Of a stretch of 64,000 nt of DNA, positions 8,409 to 18,796 are shown in pieces; position 1 is the stretch's first letter, and each line of letters starts with the position of its first letter. This DNA is from a virus: positions 1-64,000 of IMG/VR virus record IMGVR_UViG_3300028840_002691; one strand, given 5' to 3'. A program made the translations under genes and the position numbers. Below the pieces are notes generated by a model that saw nothing but the letters and a program-made list of their open reading frames with translations, was not told the DNA's origin and searched no databases.

Positions 8409-9212
8409 ATGATAGTAACAGTTTGCATAGGCCGAGGAGGCAGCAAGGGCTTCCCAGGCAAGAACAAGTACAGGGTGCTCGGCAAGGAGCTGATGGCATG
8501 GCCGTTGCTGGCTGCTAAGTGCTGCAAGGAAATAAACAGGGTGTACTTCAGCACGGATGACGGAGAGCTGGCAGCCATCGCCAAGTGGTACGGTGCAGAG
8601 GTCATAGACCGTCCACCGGAGCTGTCTACGGATGCTGCGTTGGGTGAGGACGTGTTTGCTCACGCTTACCAGAGCATAAAGGCCAGCGCCGAGGACAGGA
8701 TAAAGCTGGTGGTGCTGCTGTTTGCCAATGCGCCTTGTGTCACGAGTCAGATGCTCACCGAGATGATACGCAAGCTTCGCGAGAGCGAGAACATGATGGG
8801 CGGTAGGTATGACTCCATCTGCACCGTGAGCGAGTACGAGATGTTTCATCCTTCAAGGTGCCGAGTCATTGATGGTCCGCTGCTCAGGCCTTTTTGCCCA
8901 TATGTGGCTGCTGGCTCCACCAGCGACCGCAGAAGCGGAGGTGACTCCTGGTTCTACGACTGCTGCGCTGCGGTGGTCCAGCCAAAGAACCTGGAGCACC
9001 TGGACAGAGGTATGCCTCCGCAGAGGTGGCTGGGGACGCTGGTACTGCCGTACAAGCAGCAGTTCCCTGCGCTGGACGTTGACTACAAATGGCAGGTGCC
9101 GCAGGTGGAGGAGTGGCTCCGCAGGTATGCTCAGTATCCAGCATGCGATTTGCCTGGGGATGAGGTGCATACCGTGAAATGGGAGGAGTTCTGCAGTGAT
9201 CAAAATACTTGA
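8409..9212 (+). CDS. Acylneuraminate (nonulosonate) cytidylyltransferase, NeuA-like #1
   Basis: GRGGSKGFPGKN, STD, RPPELSTD, LDVDY. Confidence 0.85.
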   Translation: MIVTVCIGRGGSKGFPGKNKYRVLGKELMAWPLLAAKCCKEINRVYFSTDDGELAAIAKWYGAEVIDRPPELSTDAALGEDVFAHAYQSIKASAEDRIKLVVLLFANAPCVTSQMLTEMIRKLRESENMMGGRYDSICTVSEYEMFHPSRCRVIDGPLLRPFCPYVAAGSTSDRRSGGDSWFYDCCAAVVQPKNLEHLDRGMPPQRWLGTLVLPYKQQFPALDVDYKWQVPQVEEWLRRYAQYPACDLPGDEVHTVKWEEFCSDQNT

Positions 9213-9984
9213 GAAACTGGTTATTGAAGACGACAAGGAAGTGCTTGAGAAAGCTGCCAAGTATTCTCCTACAGATATGGTTGAGGGCATAATACTAGAT
9301 ACTCGTAGGCTCTATCTTAACCGCTATCATGATCTGCGAGTGGTTTCCAGGGTGGGTGTTGGTACCGATAACATTGACCTCGATGAGTGTAAGGCGAGGG
9401 GTATAAAGGTTTACATTACTCCTTGCCGTGAGCTGACTGATGCTGTGGCTGAGTTTACTTTGTATCTTGCTTTAGCTCTGCTTAGAAAGAACAGCAGGGG
9501 CAGAAACCTGGTGGGCATGACTGTTGGCATATTGGGTTATGGAAGGATAGGCAGCGCAGTGCATGAGCTGTTTCATTCTCTTAGCTGTGATGTCATGCGT
9601 TATGATATTGATGCGTCTGTTGATTACGGACTTGAGCCGAAGGAACAGGTTTTGTCTTGTTCAAGGATAGTAACCATACATTCTTCTGGTAATGAGCAGG
9701 TGATAGGCAAAGAGGAACTGGAACAAATGATGGATGACTCCTACCTTATAAACACAGCGAGGGCTGGCTGCGTGGATGAGTACGCTGTGCTTGATGCTTT
9801 AAGGAGCAAGAAACTGGCAGGGTTCGCTACTGATGTCAATGAGCTGGCTGGCAGGTTCAAACTCTATAACACGGTGGTCACACCGCACATAGCATCCTCT
9901 ACTGTGGAGGCGCGGACAGCCATGGAGCGGATGGCGGTGAAGAACTTGATAAAGGGGCTGAAGAGTGAGAGGAACCGTAGCTAA
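9196..9984 (+). CDS. D-isomer 2-hydroxyacid dehydrogenase (SerA-like)
   Basis: SRVGVGTDNID, GYGRIG, INTARAG, TPHIAS. Confidence 0.9.
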   Translation: MIKILEKLVIEDDKEVLEKAAKYSPTDMVEGIILDTRRLYLNRYHDLRVVSRVGVGTDNIDLDECKARGIKVYITPCRELTDAVAEFTLYLALALLRKNSRGRNLVGMTVGILGYGRIGSAVHELFHSLSCDVMRYDIDASVDYGLEPKEQVLSCSRIVTIHSSGNEQVIGKEELEQMMDDSYLINTARAGCVDEYAVLDALRSKKLAGFATDVNELAGRFKLYNTVVTPHIASSTVEARTAMERMAVKNLIKGLKSERNRS

Positions 9985-10128
9985 GAGACTCAGGAACCAG
10001 GCAGCGCAGATGTGGTTTGACTCAAAAAGGGTCAGGGTCAATATGAGAATGACCAACGGTGGCCGCAGGTATGTGGATGGCAGCTACCCAAGAATGTACA
10101 GGGAGTTGAAGAAGGAGTACAAGCAGAA

Positions 10129-11061
10129 ATGAAAGCTCTAGCCGTAGGAGGTTCAGGTTTCATAGGCAGCCATGTGGTGGAGAGGCTGCTGCTTGAGCAC
10201 TGGGACGTGTTGAATTATGGGTTGCATAATTTTGCGCCAGAAGTGCGGTATGATCCATTTCAGTACAGGTTTGTCGAGGGCAGCATGATGGACTACCCGA
10301 AGCTCTCAAACACCATGTGTGAGTACAGGCCTGATGTGGTTTACAACTTTGCTGCCATTGCCAATATAGAGCAGTGTCAGAAGCGACCGCTGGATGTCGT
10401 GAGAAAGAACATATTGGGCAACACTCATTGCTTGCAGAGTGTGGTAGATGTGATGAGAGAAAATGATCCTGTTGCTGATAATCCTTTCAATGTACATCCT
10501 AAGTTCATCTTCGCCAGCTCGGTGTATGTTTACAACACAGATGCAGGCTTCTACGGCATAGGCAAGAGGGCCTGTGAGGAGCTTATCAGGGAGTACAGCG
10601 AGCAGTTTTGTTTTCCGTTTGTCATCTTGCGTTATGGCACCATTTACGGCCCAAGGGCTAAGGACGACAACAGCATACGCAGCATAGTGAAGCAGGCGCT
10701 GGAGACAAAGGTTATCTCTTATTATGGCACAGGGGAAGAGGTCAGAGAGTACGTGCATGTGAAGGACGTGGCTCGGTGCTCTGTGGAGGTGCTTCATCCA
10801 GAGTACAACAATGAGGCTGTTATCATTTCTGGCACATATCCAGTGAAGGCTAAGGACATGGTGGCGCTGCTGAGCGACATATTAGGCGAGAACTACAGCA
10901 CGGAGTTCCGAGGCGAGGAGCCAGAAGGTCATTACAAGGTCACTCCGTACAGCTTTCAGCCTGATGTCGCGGTGAAGAAGTCCATCAGGGACAGCAGGGA
11001 TCTGGCTTCTGGTTTGTATGATACGGTGCGCAGCATATACGGGGAGATGGTGGTTGAGTAG
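10129..11061 (+). CDS. NDP-sugar epimerase/dehydratase (extended SDR)
   Basis: GGSGFIG, YGIGK, RYGTIYGP. Confidence 0.9.
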   Translation: MKALAVGGSGFIGSHVVERLLLEHWDVLNYGLHNFAPEVRYDPFQYRFVEGSMMDYPKLSNTMCEYRPDVVYNFAAIANIEQCQKRPLDVVRKNILGNTHCLQSVVDVMRENDPVADNPFNVHPKFIFASSVYVYNTDAGFYGIGKRACEELIREYSEQFCFPFVILRYGTIYGPRAKDDNSIRSIVKQALETKVISYYGTGEEVREYVHVKDVARCSVEVLHPEYNNEAVIISGTYPVKAKDMVALLSDILGENYSTEFRGEEPEGHYKVTPYSFQPDVAVKKSIRDSRDLASGLYDTVRSIYGEMVVE

Positions 11062-12295
11062 TCGAGATAAATACCTGGAGCTGGTGGCGGAGCTTGGGAA
11101 GCTGTTCCCAAAGCGACTTTGTTGGTGGTACTCCTCTGTGCATGAGAAGAACACCACCACCAGCAGAGCCTACCACATATTGGCGAAAGACCTGCCAGCC
11201 GAGCCAAAAAGGTTTATGTATGTCAGGGCACTGTACAGAGCTGTAAGGAAGTTCGCGTCAATAGCAGTAAAGAAGGCAAGGAGTGAGCCAATAACAGAAG
11301 TTAGGCAGATTGAAAACCTGATTGTGACTTATGACGGCAGTTTTCTCTCCGTGTTTCATCCTTTGCCTAACGCTGGGTTGCTATATCTGGACAGGGTGTT
11401 TGGGTATCTCAGTTGGTGGGATTTCTTTCGGGTGCTTAGGGCTTACTTTGCTGTTGATTTTGACGGCTCTGTTCGCATTGGAGTTATTGTTCTGGTGGCT
11501 AAGATTTTTGGCAGAGACGACGGCTGGGAGATTTTCAAGGAGGACTTTTATGACTCGCTGTTCGGTGGCAAGTGTATAGAGGGACTGTTCTACGAGAGAG
11601 CGTTTGAAAGAGTGGCAGAGAAACACACAACGGTGAACAAGATCATCTACGTTTATGAGGGGTTTGCTTGGGAGAAGGCTTTGTGTAAAGTGTTTGATGG
11701 AGCGACAAAGGTGGGTGTGATGTGCTCGGTGCCTTCGCCCAACCACATGCAGTACTTCTACCTACCTGACGAGTATATGCCAAAGCCGGATTACTTGGGT
11801 GTGCCTGGTCAGGTGGCTTACGAGCTGATGGAGAAAGCGTATCCAGACAAAGTTTTTATTCTTGGTACAGTGAGGCACAGGCACTTGCTTAAGTGGGAGA
11901 AGATGGAAAGGAAAAAGAGTGACTGTACTTTGGTGATATTGACTCCTAATGAAAGACAGAATAGTTTTCTGATAAACTGGGTTTTTAACAACCTTCAAAG
12001 TGACATGATAAAGAGGAATGTGGCACTCAGAGCACATCCAGATCTGCCAAAGGCTGGCGGGTGGAAGACGATACAAGGCAGTTTAGCGTACTGTCTGCAG
12101 CGAGTCAAGAGGATTGTGGTGTATGACTCCACTGTGGCTGTTGAGGCGTTGGCTTTTGGGCTGGATGTCGTGGTGCCTGAGATGCCTCACTTCGTGCGGT
12201 TGTGCCCACTGCAGGCAGGCAGAAACAATCTTAGAGATTACTTTGACTTCTCTAGGGACGAAGAGCAGATGCGAGAGGCGGTGATGGCTCTGTGA
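11018..12295 (+). CDS. Putative glycosyltransferase-like surface-carbohydrate protein (start uncertain)
   Basis: YEGFAWEKAL, PDYLGVPG, LRAHP, STVAVEALAFG recall GT-B capsule/nonulosonate transferases; cluster context. Confidence 0.5.
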   Translation: MIRCAAYTGRWWLSSRDKYLELVAELGKLFPKRLCWWYSSVHEKNTTTSRAYHILAKDLPAEPKRFMYVRALYRAVRKFASIAVKKARSEPITEVRQIENLIVTYDGSFLSVFHPLPNAGLLYLDRVFGYLSWWDFFRVLRAYFAVDFDGSVRIGVIVLVAKIFGRDDGWEIFKEDFYDSLFGGKCIEGLFYERAFERVAEKHTTVNKIIYVYEGFAWEKALCKVFDGATKVGVMCSVPSPNHMQYFYLPDEYMPKPDYLGVPGQVAYELMEKAYPDKVFILGTVRHRHLLKWEKMERKKSDCTLVILTPNERQNSFLINWVFNNLQSDMIKRNVALRAHPDLPKAGGWKTIQGSLAYCLQRVKRIVVYDSTVAVEALAFGLDVVVPEMPHFVRLCPLQAGRNNLRDYFDFSRDEEQMREAVMAL

Positions 12296-12480
12296 AAAGA
12301 GTTTTGGTGGCCTTGATGGTAGCGGTAGCTTTTCCTCTTGTTGGGCTTGGGTTGGTTGTTGGGCTTAAACTGCTTGCGGATCTTGGTGGAAGATGGTTCT
12401 GGTATGCTTTGGGGTTCCTTTGCTGGTTTGGTTTTGTCTACCATCTTTTGTACTCTGATGATTTTGACTGTGTTCATTAA
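12292..12480 (+). CDS. Small membrane protein
   Basis: Two hydrophobic segments. Confidence 0.5.
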   Translation: MKRVLVALMVAVAFPLVGLGLVVGLKLLADLGGRWFWYALGFLCWFGFVYHLLYSDDFDCVH

Positions 12481-12482
12481 GG

Positions 12483-13355
12483 ATGAAACACTTACTTAAA
12501 AAACTGCCACTGCTCTACAAGAATCCAAAGCTGATAAAGCAAGCAGGCAGGGAACTGTGTATTGACATGGCTAATGACCTGCAGCGGTGGCCTTACCCAG
12601 AGCACTTGATCAACATAGCTGCATTGCCCAAGAGCGGCAGCACGTGGCTCTTCAACATGCTCTGCAACATACCTGGCTACAATCCGTGTCCAGGACTGCT
12701 TAGATCTCTGCAGCTCACTCAGGAAGAGCTGGATAACCACGATATCTCGCAGCGGATGTTCGACGGCATACCCAAGGACAAGTTCACAGTGCTGAAGCTG
12801 CATACAAGGCCAACCAGGAAGAACATAGAGCTGCTGAGGAAGAACAAGGTGAAGGCGATAGTGCTGATACGTGACCTGAGAACCATGGCGGTGTCTCGCT
12901 ACGTGCACGAGAAGACAGACAGGAGCAGCAGGTTTTACAGGGCATACAATGGGATGACGGTTGAGGACGGCATGTGGCACAACCTGAAGATCGTGGTTGA
13001 GCACTATGCTCCTTGGGTTGAGGATTGGGTCTATGTGTGCAGCAAGGATATTGATACGTTTTTCTATTACAAGTATGAAAGTTTGTTGAAATGGACTAGC
13101 ACTATTCTTCAGGATATACTGATATATTATGGTTTGGATCATTATTTTACTATTCATTTTCTTGGTGAATTAAGTAGAATGAAAAAGAGCAAAGCGGATC
13201 TGGAGAGCAACCTCAACACTCCAACCACTCCGCGCAACAGGTCAACTTATTCTGGTGGCAGGCCTGATTGGAATGATTACTACACCAAGGAGCAACGGCG
13301 GTGGTTCATAGACAAGGTTGGGCATGTAATGGCGATGTGCGGCTATGACTGGTAA
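12483..13355 (+). CDS. PAPS-dependent sulfotransferase
   Basis: PKSGSTW, KLH, IRDLR..VSRY, YESL. Confidence 0.85.
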   Translation: MKHLLKKLPLLYKNPKLIKQAGRELCIDMANDLQRWPYPEHLINIAALPKSGSTWLFNMLCNIPGYNPCPGLLRSLQLTQEELDNHDISQRMFDGIPKDKFTVLKLHTRPTRKNIELLRKNKVKAIVLIRDLRTMAVSRYVHEKTDRSSRFYRAYNGMTVEDGMWHNLKIVVEHYAPWVEDWVYVCSKDIDTFFYYKYESLLKWTSTILQDILIYYGLDHYFTIHFLGELSRMKKSKADLESNLNTPTTPRNRSTYSGGRPDWNDYYTKEQRRWFIDKVGHVMAMCGYDW

Positions 13356-14415
13356 GAAAACGATTTGCTTCATTTGTGGGGCACCCAGGTCAGGCACCAC
13401 GTATCTGTGCAACCTGCTGGGCAACCACCAAGAGGTGAGTGTGTTTCCAGGCGAGTGCAAGCTCTACTTTTACTGGAACTACTTTCAGCGCCACGGCAAT
13501 GCCCACAGGTTCTTCAACCGCGATTACCTGAAGACTCAGGAGATACTGAACATTAAGGATTTCTTTTATGCGGTGCAGATGCAGGAGTACAGGAAGAAAG
13601 TCTACGGCGTGCAGAAAGACTTTGAGTGCAGCTATGTCAAGTTTTCTAATGGTGACTGGCGCATAGGGACTGTGGTATCTCATTTGTCGCTGAGGGAGCT
13701 GTATAAAACACTTCTGTCTTCGCTGTCAAATATGGACGGCAAGGTGGTGGTGTTCAAGTGTCCAGTGGGGAATGAGATTGGGGCCATGGAGCTGGAGAAG
13801 GCATTCGGTGTTGACGACGATTACAGGGCCAAGTTCATCCACATCAAAAGGGACTACGCTACAAGGTACATCAGCGCCAAGATGCGCAGGAGGAGAAGGG
13901 GATTTGTGAGGAGTTTGAACGGTAAGGACTTCGCATCAGCGCACGCTGAAGTAGGTATGTTGAGCGATACATTGGCTGAGTTGAATAAGCTGCTTCTGGG
14001 GTCTACGACATATATGGTTACGCATTATGAGAACCTTGCGGAAGATCCTGCTGGGGTGATGTTTTATGTGGATGAGTTCCTGGGGCTGAAGGGGAGGAAG
14101 GAGTTTGAAGTAGACATAGAGGCGGAGCCACGATCTACTTTTGGTGAGCCTGGCAGCACATTGGACAGGAACAGAAGGTACATGAAGCACACCACTCAGG
14201 CTGAGAGAAACATTGTGTCGTTCGTAAGCGGAGTCAAGCCCAGACTGGCTGCTGAGGACTTCTTTCTGCCTCTGAAGTACGAGCACCCATTGGATTATTG
14301 CAGAAATAGAAAGTGGATGCTGGACAATCTCAGGGGTGGATGCGAGAACGTGAAGAGAAAACTCTACTGGCAGATGATGCGCAAATTTGACAGAGGGGAG
14401 GAGGTAACGGATTGA
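13345..14415 (+). CDS. PAPS-dependent sulfotransferase
   Basis: GAPRSGTTYL, KFIHIKRD, YENL..DP. Confidence 0.85.
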   Translation: MTGKKTICFICGAPRSGTTYLCNLLGNHQEVSVFPGECKLYFYWNYFQRHGNAHRFFNRDYLKTQEILNIKDFFYAVQMQEYRKKVYGVQKDFECSYVKFSNGDWRIGTVVSHLSLRELYKTLLSSLSNMDGKVVVFKCPVGNEIGAMELEKAFGVDDDYRAKFIHIKRDYATRYISAKMRRRRRGFVRSLNGKDFASAHAEVGMLSDTLAELNKLLLGSTTYMVTHYENLAEDPAGVMFYVDEFLGLKGRKEFEVDIEAEPRSTFGEPGSTLDRNRRYMKHTTQAERNIVSFVSGVKPRLAAEDFFLPLKYEHPLDYCRNRKWMLDNLRGGCENVKRKLYWQMMRKFDRGEEVTD

Positions 14416-15413
14416 AATTCACTATAGGCTTCGAGAAGGAAGACAAGGCAAAACTCTACGGTCACTTCGACAAGATCATAGCCACGGAGCGGTGGTCGGA
14501 GGGACCGTTCACTGAGCTGTTTGAACAGAAATGGGCAGAGTACGTTGGCACAAAGTACGCCGTGGCTTTCAGCAGTTGGTTTGGGGCTGCGATGGCTGCT
14601 CTGGAGTATTTTAATGTGAGGGGTAGAGCAGTTATCTGTCCATCTAACACTTTTATGGCTACACCGTTGTCTGTGCTGAAGGCTGGTGGAGATGTGGAGT
14701 TCTGTGACTGCAATACCCATGACCTTTGTGCTGGTTTGAGAGATGTGATGGGGTGCATGGGCTTGTCTACGGACGACTGGTATGTTGGGCCTGTTGGAGT
14801 GTTCCTGGTGCATATTGGAGGGCATATAGCTTTTGAGGTTGATGGCATAGCCGCTTACTGCAGGCAGAAAGGCATGTTTCTCATTGAGGACTGTGCTCAT
14901 GCCCACGGCGCTATTTTTCAGGAGAAGAAAGCAGGCACCTTTGGTGACTGCGGAGTTTATTCCTTTTACGCCACAAAGACAATAAGCACTGGAGAAGGCG
15001 GTATGCTGGTGACTGATAATAAGTACCTGGACAAGTTCGCCAGAGAGTACAGGAACTACGGCAAGCCCGATTACAGAACCAGAGGTGGCAACCACAGAAT
15101 GAGCGAGTTCACTGCTGCTTTGGGATTGGTGCAGACTGAACGAGTTGAGGATATAGTTGAATGGAAGAACAGATATGTTGAGAAGCATTATGCGGGGAAT
15201 TTTGAAACTGTGGAGTTCCCTAGAACTATGCGCAGTGGTTATTACAAATTTATTATTTTTGATCGTGATGGCTGTTATGGAGGCCCAACCACTGGGGCGG
15301 TGTACGATGAACCGTGCCATTTGATAATGAATGAGAGAGGGAGTTTCCCAGCAACTGATTGGGTGGCTAAGAATCACAAGTGCTTGCCCATTTACTACAG
15401 AGGCGACGAATGA
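14412..15413 (+). CDS. DegT/DnrJ/EryC1/StrS sugar aminotransferase
   Basis: IEDCAHAHG, SFYATKTISTGEGG. Confidence 0.9.
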   Translation: MKFTIGFEKEDKAKLYGHFDKIIATERWSEGPFTELFEQKWAEYVGTKYAVAFSSWFGAAMAALEYFNVRGRAVICPSNTFMATPLSVLKAGGDVEFCDCNTHDLCAGLRDVMGCMGLSTDDWYVGPVGVFLVHIGGHIAFEVDGIAAYCRQKGMFLIEDCAHAHGAIFQEKKAGTFGDCGVYSFYATKTISTGEGGMLVTDNKYLDKFAREYRNYGKPDYRTRGGNHRMSEFTAALGLVQTERVEDIVEWKNRYVEKHYAGNFETVEFPRTMRSGYYKFIIFDRDGCYGGPTTGAVYDEPCHLIMNERGSFPATDWVAKNHKCLPIYYRGDE

Positions 15414-16105
15414 CAGAAAAGCTAGGACCATTTGAGTTAGGCAAAGTGCACTACATTGATGCTGATGAAGGTTGCGAGCAGCTTCCTGATCAATCAGCTG
15501 ATCTTATTTCAATAGATTGCAGTGCGACTACAAGAGGCAGGGATTCTTACAGACTGCTAAAGCCATTGGGGGTTTTGACTCTGTTTTGGACACCGAGGCA
15601 ATTCGATGACGAAGGAAAATCTCATCTTGAGGAAACATCCCCTTATTTTTTGGGTGGGCAATTTAGAGTTGTCGGTACAATCAAAAACTGTGATAGTCCT
15701 TTCATGTCTATTGGAACTCCAGATAGGATTTCTATTTTAGTGAAAGAAAGCAATCCAATTAAAGAGGTCGGGGAAAACATTATCAGGGTCAGAAGGCGTT
15801 GTATTGTGACCAAGAATGAGAGGTCGTTCGTATTTTGCGCACTCCTTATAGAACTGTTTTCTCCTATGGGCGGTGTAGTATTAGACCCTTATGCTGGAAG
15901 CGCAAGCCTTGGTGTGGCAGCTATGTGCTTTGGCAGAAAGTACTTGGGCTTTGATAATGATCCGGCAGTGGTGGAGGCTGCCAATAAAAACTTGGGTCAA
16001 CACGGGGGAATCAGCTTGCCTTCCACCGCGCAGGCTGATGGCAAACTCTACTGCCAGGAGCTGCATCCAGGAAAGGAAGAGTGGTGGGAATTGGACGAAG
16101 AGTGA
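15410..16105 (+). CDS. N6/N4 DNA methyltransferase-fold protein with degenerate catalytic motif
   Basis: VLDPYAGSASLGVAA..GRKYLGFD SAM motif; DLISIDCS where DPPY is expected. Confidence 0.65.
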   Translation: MTEKLGPFELGKVHYIDADEGCEQLPDQSADLISIDCSATTRGRDSYRLLKPLGVLTLFWTPRQFDDEGKSHLEETSPYFLGGQFRVVGTIKNCDSPFMSIGTPDRISILVKESNPIKEVGENIIRVRRRCIVTKNERSFVFCALLIELFSPMGGVVLDPYAGSASLGVAAMCFGRKYLGFDNDPAVVEAANKNLGQHGGISLPSTAQADGKLYCQELHPGKEEWWELDEE

Positions 16106-16782
16106 TATTGGCTTCTTATCCGAGAAGTGGTACGATGTCCATTGCAGCTTTGTTTGAAAAAGTTGGTGTTAACTCCTTTCACCAGGGCACGAAACCAGGA
16201 GAGAGCACTCCTGCCGACATGAGGATAGTTGGGACTTCTGAGACGAGTGGCATTCACCCAATTAAAAAAACTCCAGAGCGCATAGTTGATAAAGTTAAGG
16301 CAAAGATGTCTAATGTTGGTGATGGAGAAATGTTTGATGCCGATTGGAGAAATTACTGTGTTTTGTACTGGTTAGAGAGATTTGACCCTTCATTGCAGTT
16401 CTTGGTGATGGTACGTGATCCAGTTGATGCCTCTTCCTCTCTGTATGAGTACCATAGGGGCGAAAAGCGGGAGAAGGACCCGAATGATTATTTGAGCAGG
16501 TGGATAGATCTTTATAGTTTTGTTCTTGAGCAGGTTGGGGAGATGACTAGACCAGTGGTTGTGCTAGATTTTGCTGGATATGTAAAGGGTGGTTATACTA
16601 AGTTTCTGCTTGACTTATACGGGAAGGATACCATAGGCAATAGGTTGGAGGTACGAGAGCACTTGAAGGAGAAACTGAACCATTTTGTAGATTACGAGGT
16701 AAAGACTTTCAAGCGCGACCTGGTGAGGAGAGCTAATAAGATAAAGAAGAGACTACTTAAAATGGAGGCACCGAAGACATGA
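16081..16782 (+). CDS. Sulfotransferase-like protein
   Basis: SYPRSGTMS, MVRDPVD..SSL. Confidence 0.65.
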   Translation: MVGIGRRVILASYPRSGTMSIAALFEKVGVNSFHQGTKPGESTPADMRIVGTSETSGIHPIKKTPERIVDKVKAKMSNVGDGEMFDADWRNYCVLYWLERFDPSLQFLVMVRDPVDASSSLYEYHRGEKREKDPNDYLSRWIDLYSFVLEQVGEMTRPVVVLDFAGYVKGGYTKFLLDLYGKDTIGNRLEVREHLKEKLNHFVDYEVKTFKRDLVRRANKIKKRLLKMEAPKT

Positions 16783-17738
16783 GAGCACTAGTAACGGGAG
16801 GCAGTGGGTTTATAGGCAGTCATGTGGTGGACTACTTGAAAGCTGCAGGTTGTAAGGTAAGGATTTTTGATATGCGCAGGCCGTATCAGGAAGAGTGGAG
16901 ATTGAATGATAGTGTTCATGGGGCTGCTAGGTATTATGGGTTAGAAAGCACAGGTATTGAGTACTACCAGGGCAGCTTGTTGGACTATGACGCAGTGAGG
17001 ATGGCACTGGACGACGTGGACGTTGTTTATCACTTGGCCGCTGTGGCCGACGTGAACGTGGTGCAGAAAGACCCAAAGCACTCCCATGACATCAACTGCA
17101 CGGGCACTGTGAACCTGTTGGAGGCAATGCGCTACAACGGACAGCCGAAGCGCATAGTGTACGCAAGCACTGTATGGGTTTACAGTGGTTCAAAGGAGAT
17201 GGATGAGCAGTCTCTGTTGCCTACACCAGAGCACTTCTACACGGCGACAAAGCTGTTCGGGGAGCACGCTTGCATCACCTACAGCAAGATGTACGACCTT
17301 GACTACACCATACTGCGCTATGGCATACCCTATGGACCGCGAGCACGCGGAGCAGCGGTGATACCTCTCTTTGTGGACAAGGCGATGAATGGACAGCCGC
17401 TCACCGTGGCCGGAGACGGCAAGCAGGGCCGCTTCTTTATCTATGTGGAGGACTTGGCCAGGGCTCACGTCTGCGTTCTGGACCATCTTATTGTTTCGAA
17501 GAACCAGATCTACAACCTCGAGAGCAACAGCTACATAAGGATAAAGGATCTGGTCTACCTGCTGAAGGAGCACTTTCCGGAGCTGAAGGTGGAGTACGTT
17601 GAGGGTCGAACTGGCGACTACGAGGCGGCACGCGCAGCGACAGACAAGGCAAAGATCGACTTGGATTGGCAACCTGAGATGGACTTTGAGCACGGATTGC
17701 AGAGGTACATAAAATGGTACGAAAAGCAGTTGAGGTAG
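16779..17738 (+). CDS. NDP-sugar epimerase/dehydratase
   Basis: TGGSGFIG, YTATK, RYGIPYGP. Confidence 0.9.
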   Translation: MRALVTGGSGFIGSHVVDYLKAAGCKVRIFDMRRPYQEEWRLNDSVHGAARYYGLESTGIEYYQGSLLDYDAVRMALDDVDVVYHLAAVADVNVVQKDPKHSHDINCTGTVNLLEAMRYNGQPKRIVYASTVWVYSGSKEMDEQSLLPTPEHFYTATKLFGEHACITYSKMYDLDYTILRYGIPYGPRARGAAVIPLFVDKAMNGQPLTVAGDGKQGRFFIYVEDLARAHVCVLDHLIVSKNQIYNLESNSYIRIKDLVYLLKEHFPELKVEYVEGRTGDYEAARAATDKAKIDLDWQPEMDFEHGLQRYIKWYEKQLR

Positions 17739-18796
17739 ATTGCCGACTGATAGACGACGATCAGCCCGTGTACATAGTGTTTGAGGCTGGTCAGACGCAC
17801 CAGGGGTTTGAGGATGCAAAGCACCTGATAGATGTGGCAGCCAATTCTGGAGCAGATGCCATAAAGTTCCAGATGTACGACGCCGAGAGGCTTATTGCTG
17901 ATGACTTGCCAGACCGCTACTCAGTTCTCACCCCAGAAGGAGAGGTGGAGGAAAGAGAAGAGCTGCTGGTGAAAACTCTGAAGCGGAAGGAGTTCACTAA
18001 GGATGAGTGGAAGGAGCTGAAAGCTTATGCCGACGATATAGGTATCACTTTCTTTTCCACTTTCTGCTTTGAGGAGGAGTTGGACTTTCTTGTCAGCGAG
18101 CTGAGGGTGAAGCTGCTCAAGATCTGCTCTGGCGATATAGACCACTACTGGCTGTTGGAGAAGGCTGCAGACACCGGACTTCCTGTGATGATAGATACAG
18201 GTTCTGCTACTCTTGGTGAGGTGGAGAACGCTGTGGATGTGTTGCGGAGGAGGGGCTGCTGCCAGATTGTCATCAACCACTGTCCTTCTGGTTTTCCGGC
18301 AGACTTGAGCTGTGTGAACTTGAACATGATCACCACATTGAGGCAGATGTTCCGGTGGCCAGTGGCGTTTTCAGATCACAATATGGGCGTGGACATGGAC
18401 ATAGCTGCTGTGGCGCTGGGGGCGAATATGGTAGAGAAAACCATTACTACTGACCAGTTCTGCCAGGAACCTGAGCACATGGTTTCTATGCCTGTTGACC
18501 TGTGCGGTGTGTTCGTAGAAAGAATACGGCAGGTCGCGCAGGCAATGGGCAGGAACAGAGTCGCTATTGCATCGGCTGCCGAGTTGTCTGGAAGAGAAGC
18601 AAAACGCAGGGGCATCTACGCAAAGAGAGACATTACAGCTGGGGAAACGCTAGGCAGAGGAGATATAGAGTTCAGGAGGCCTGTTTGCTGGGTCGCAGCA
18701 AAGCATTATAGATTGGTTATTGGCCGCAAGGCAACTTGCGATTTTTTTGAAGGCGAAGGAATAGACTTAGATTATTTGGTATCAGAAGATGAGTAA
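17714..18796 (+). CDS. Nonulosonic acid synthase NeuB-like #1 with C-terminal SAF domain
   Basis: EAGQTH, ADAIKFQ, KICSGD, FSDH, VEK, RRGIYAKRDI. Confidence 0.9.
   Translation: MVRKAVEVDCRLIDDDQPVYIVFEAGQTHQGFEDAKHLIDVAANSGADAIKFQMYDAERLIADDLPDRYSVLTPEGEVEEREELLVKTLKRKEFTKDEWKELKAYADDIGITFFSTFCFEEELDFLVSELRVKLLKICSGDIDHYWLLEKAADTGLPVMIDTGSATLGEVENAVDVLRRRGCCQIVINHCPSGFPADLSCVNLNMITTLRQMFRWPVAFSDHNMGVDMDIAAVALGANMVEKTITTDQFCQEPEHMVSMPVDLCGVFVERIRQVAQAMGRNRVAIASAAELSGREAKRRGIYAKRDITAGETLGRGDIEFRRPVCWVAAKHYRLVIGRKATCDFFEGEGIDLDYLVSEDE

Noticed and set aside
13345-14415. SGTT in the sulfotransferase as a sequon
   Set aside because: It is part of the PAPS-binding loop PRSGTT and was excluded from the count.
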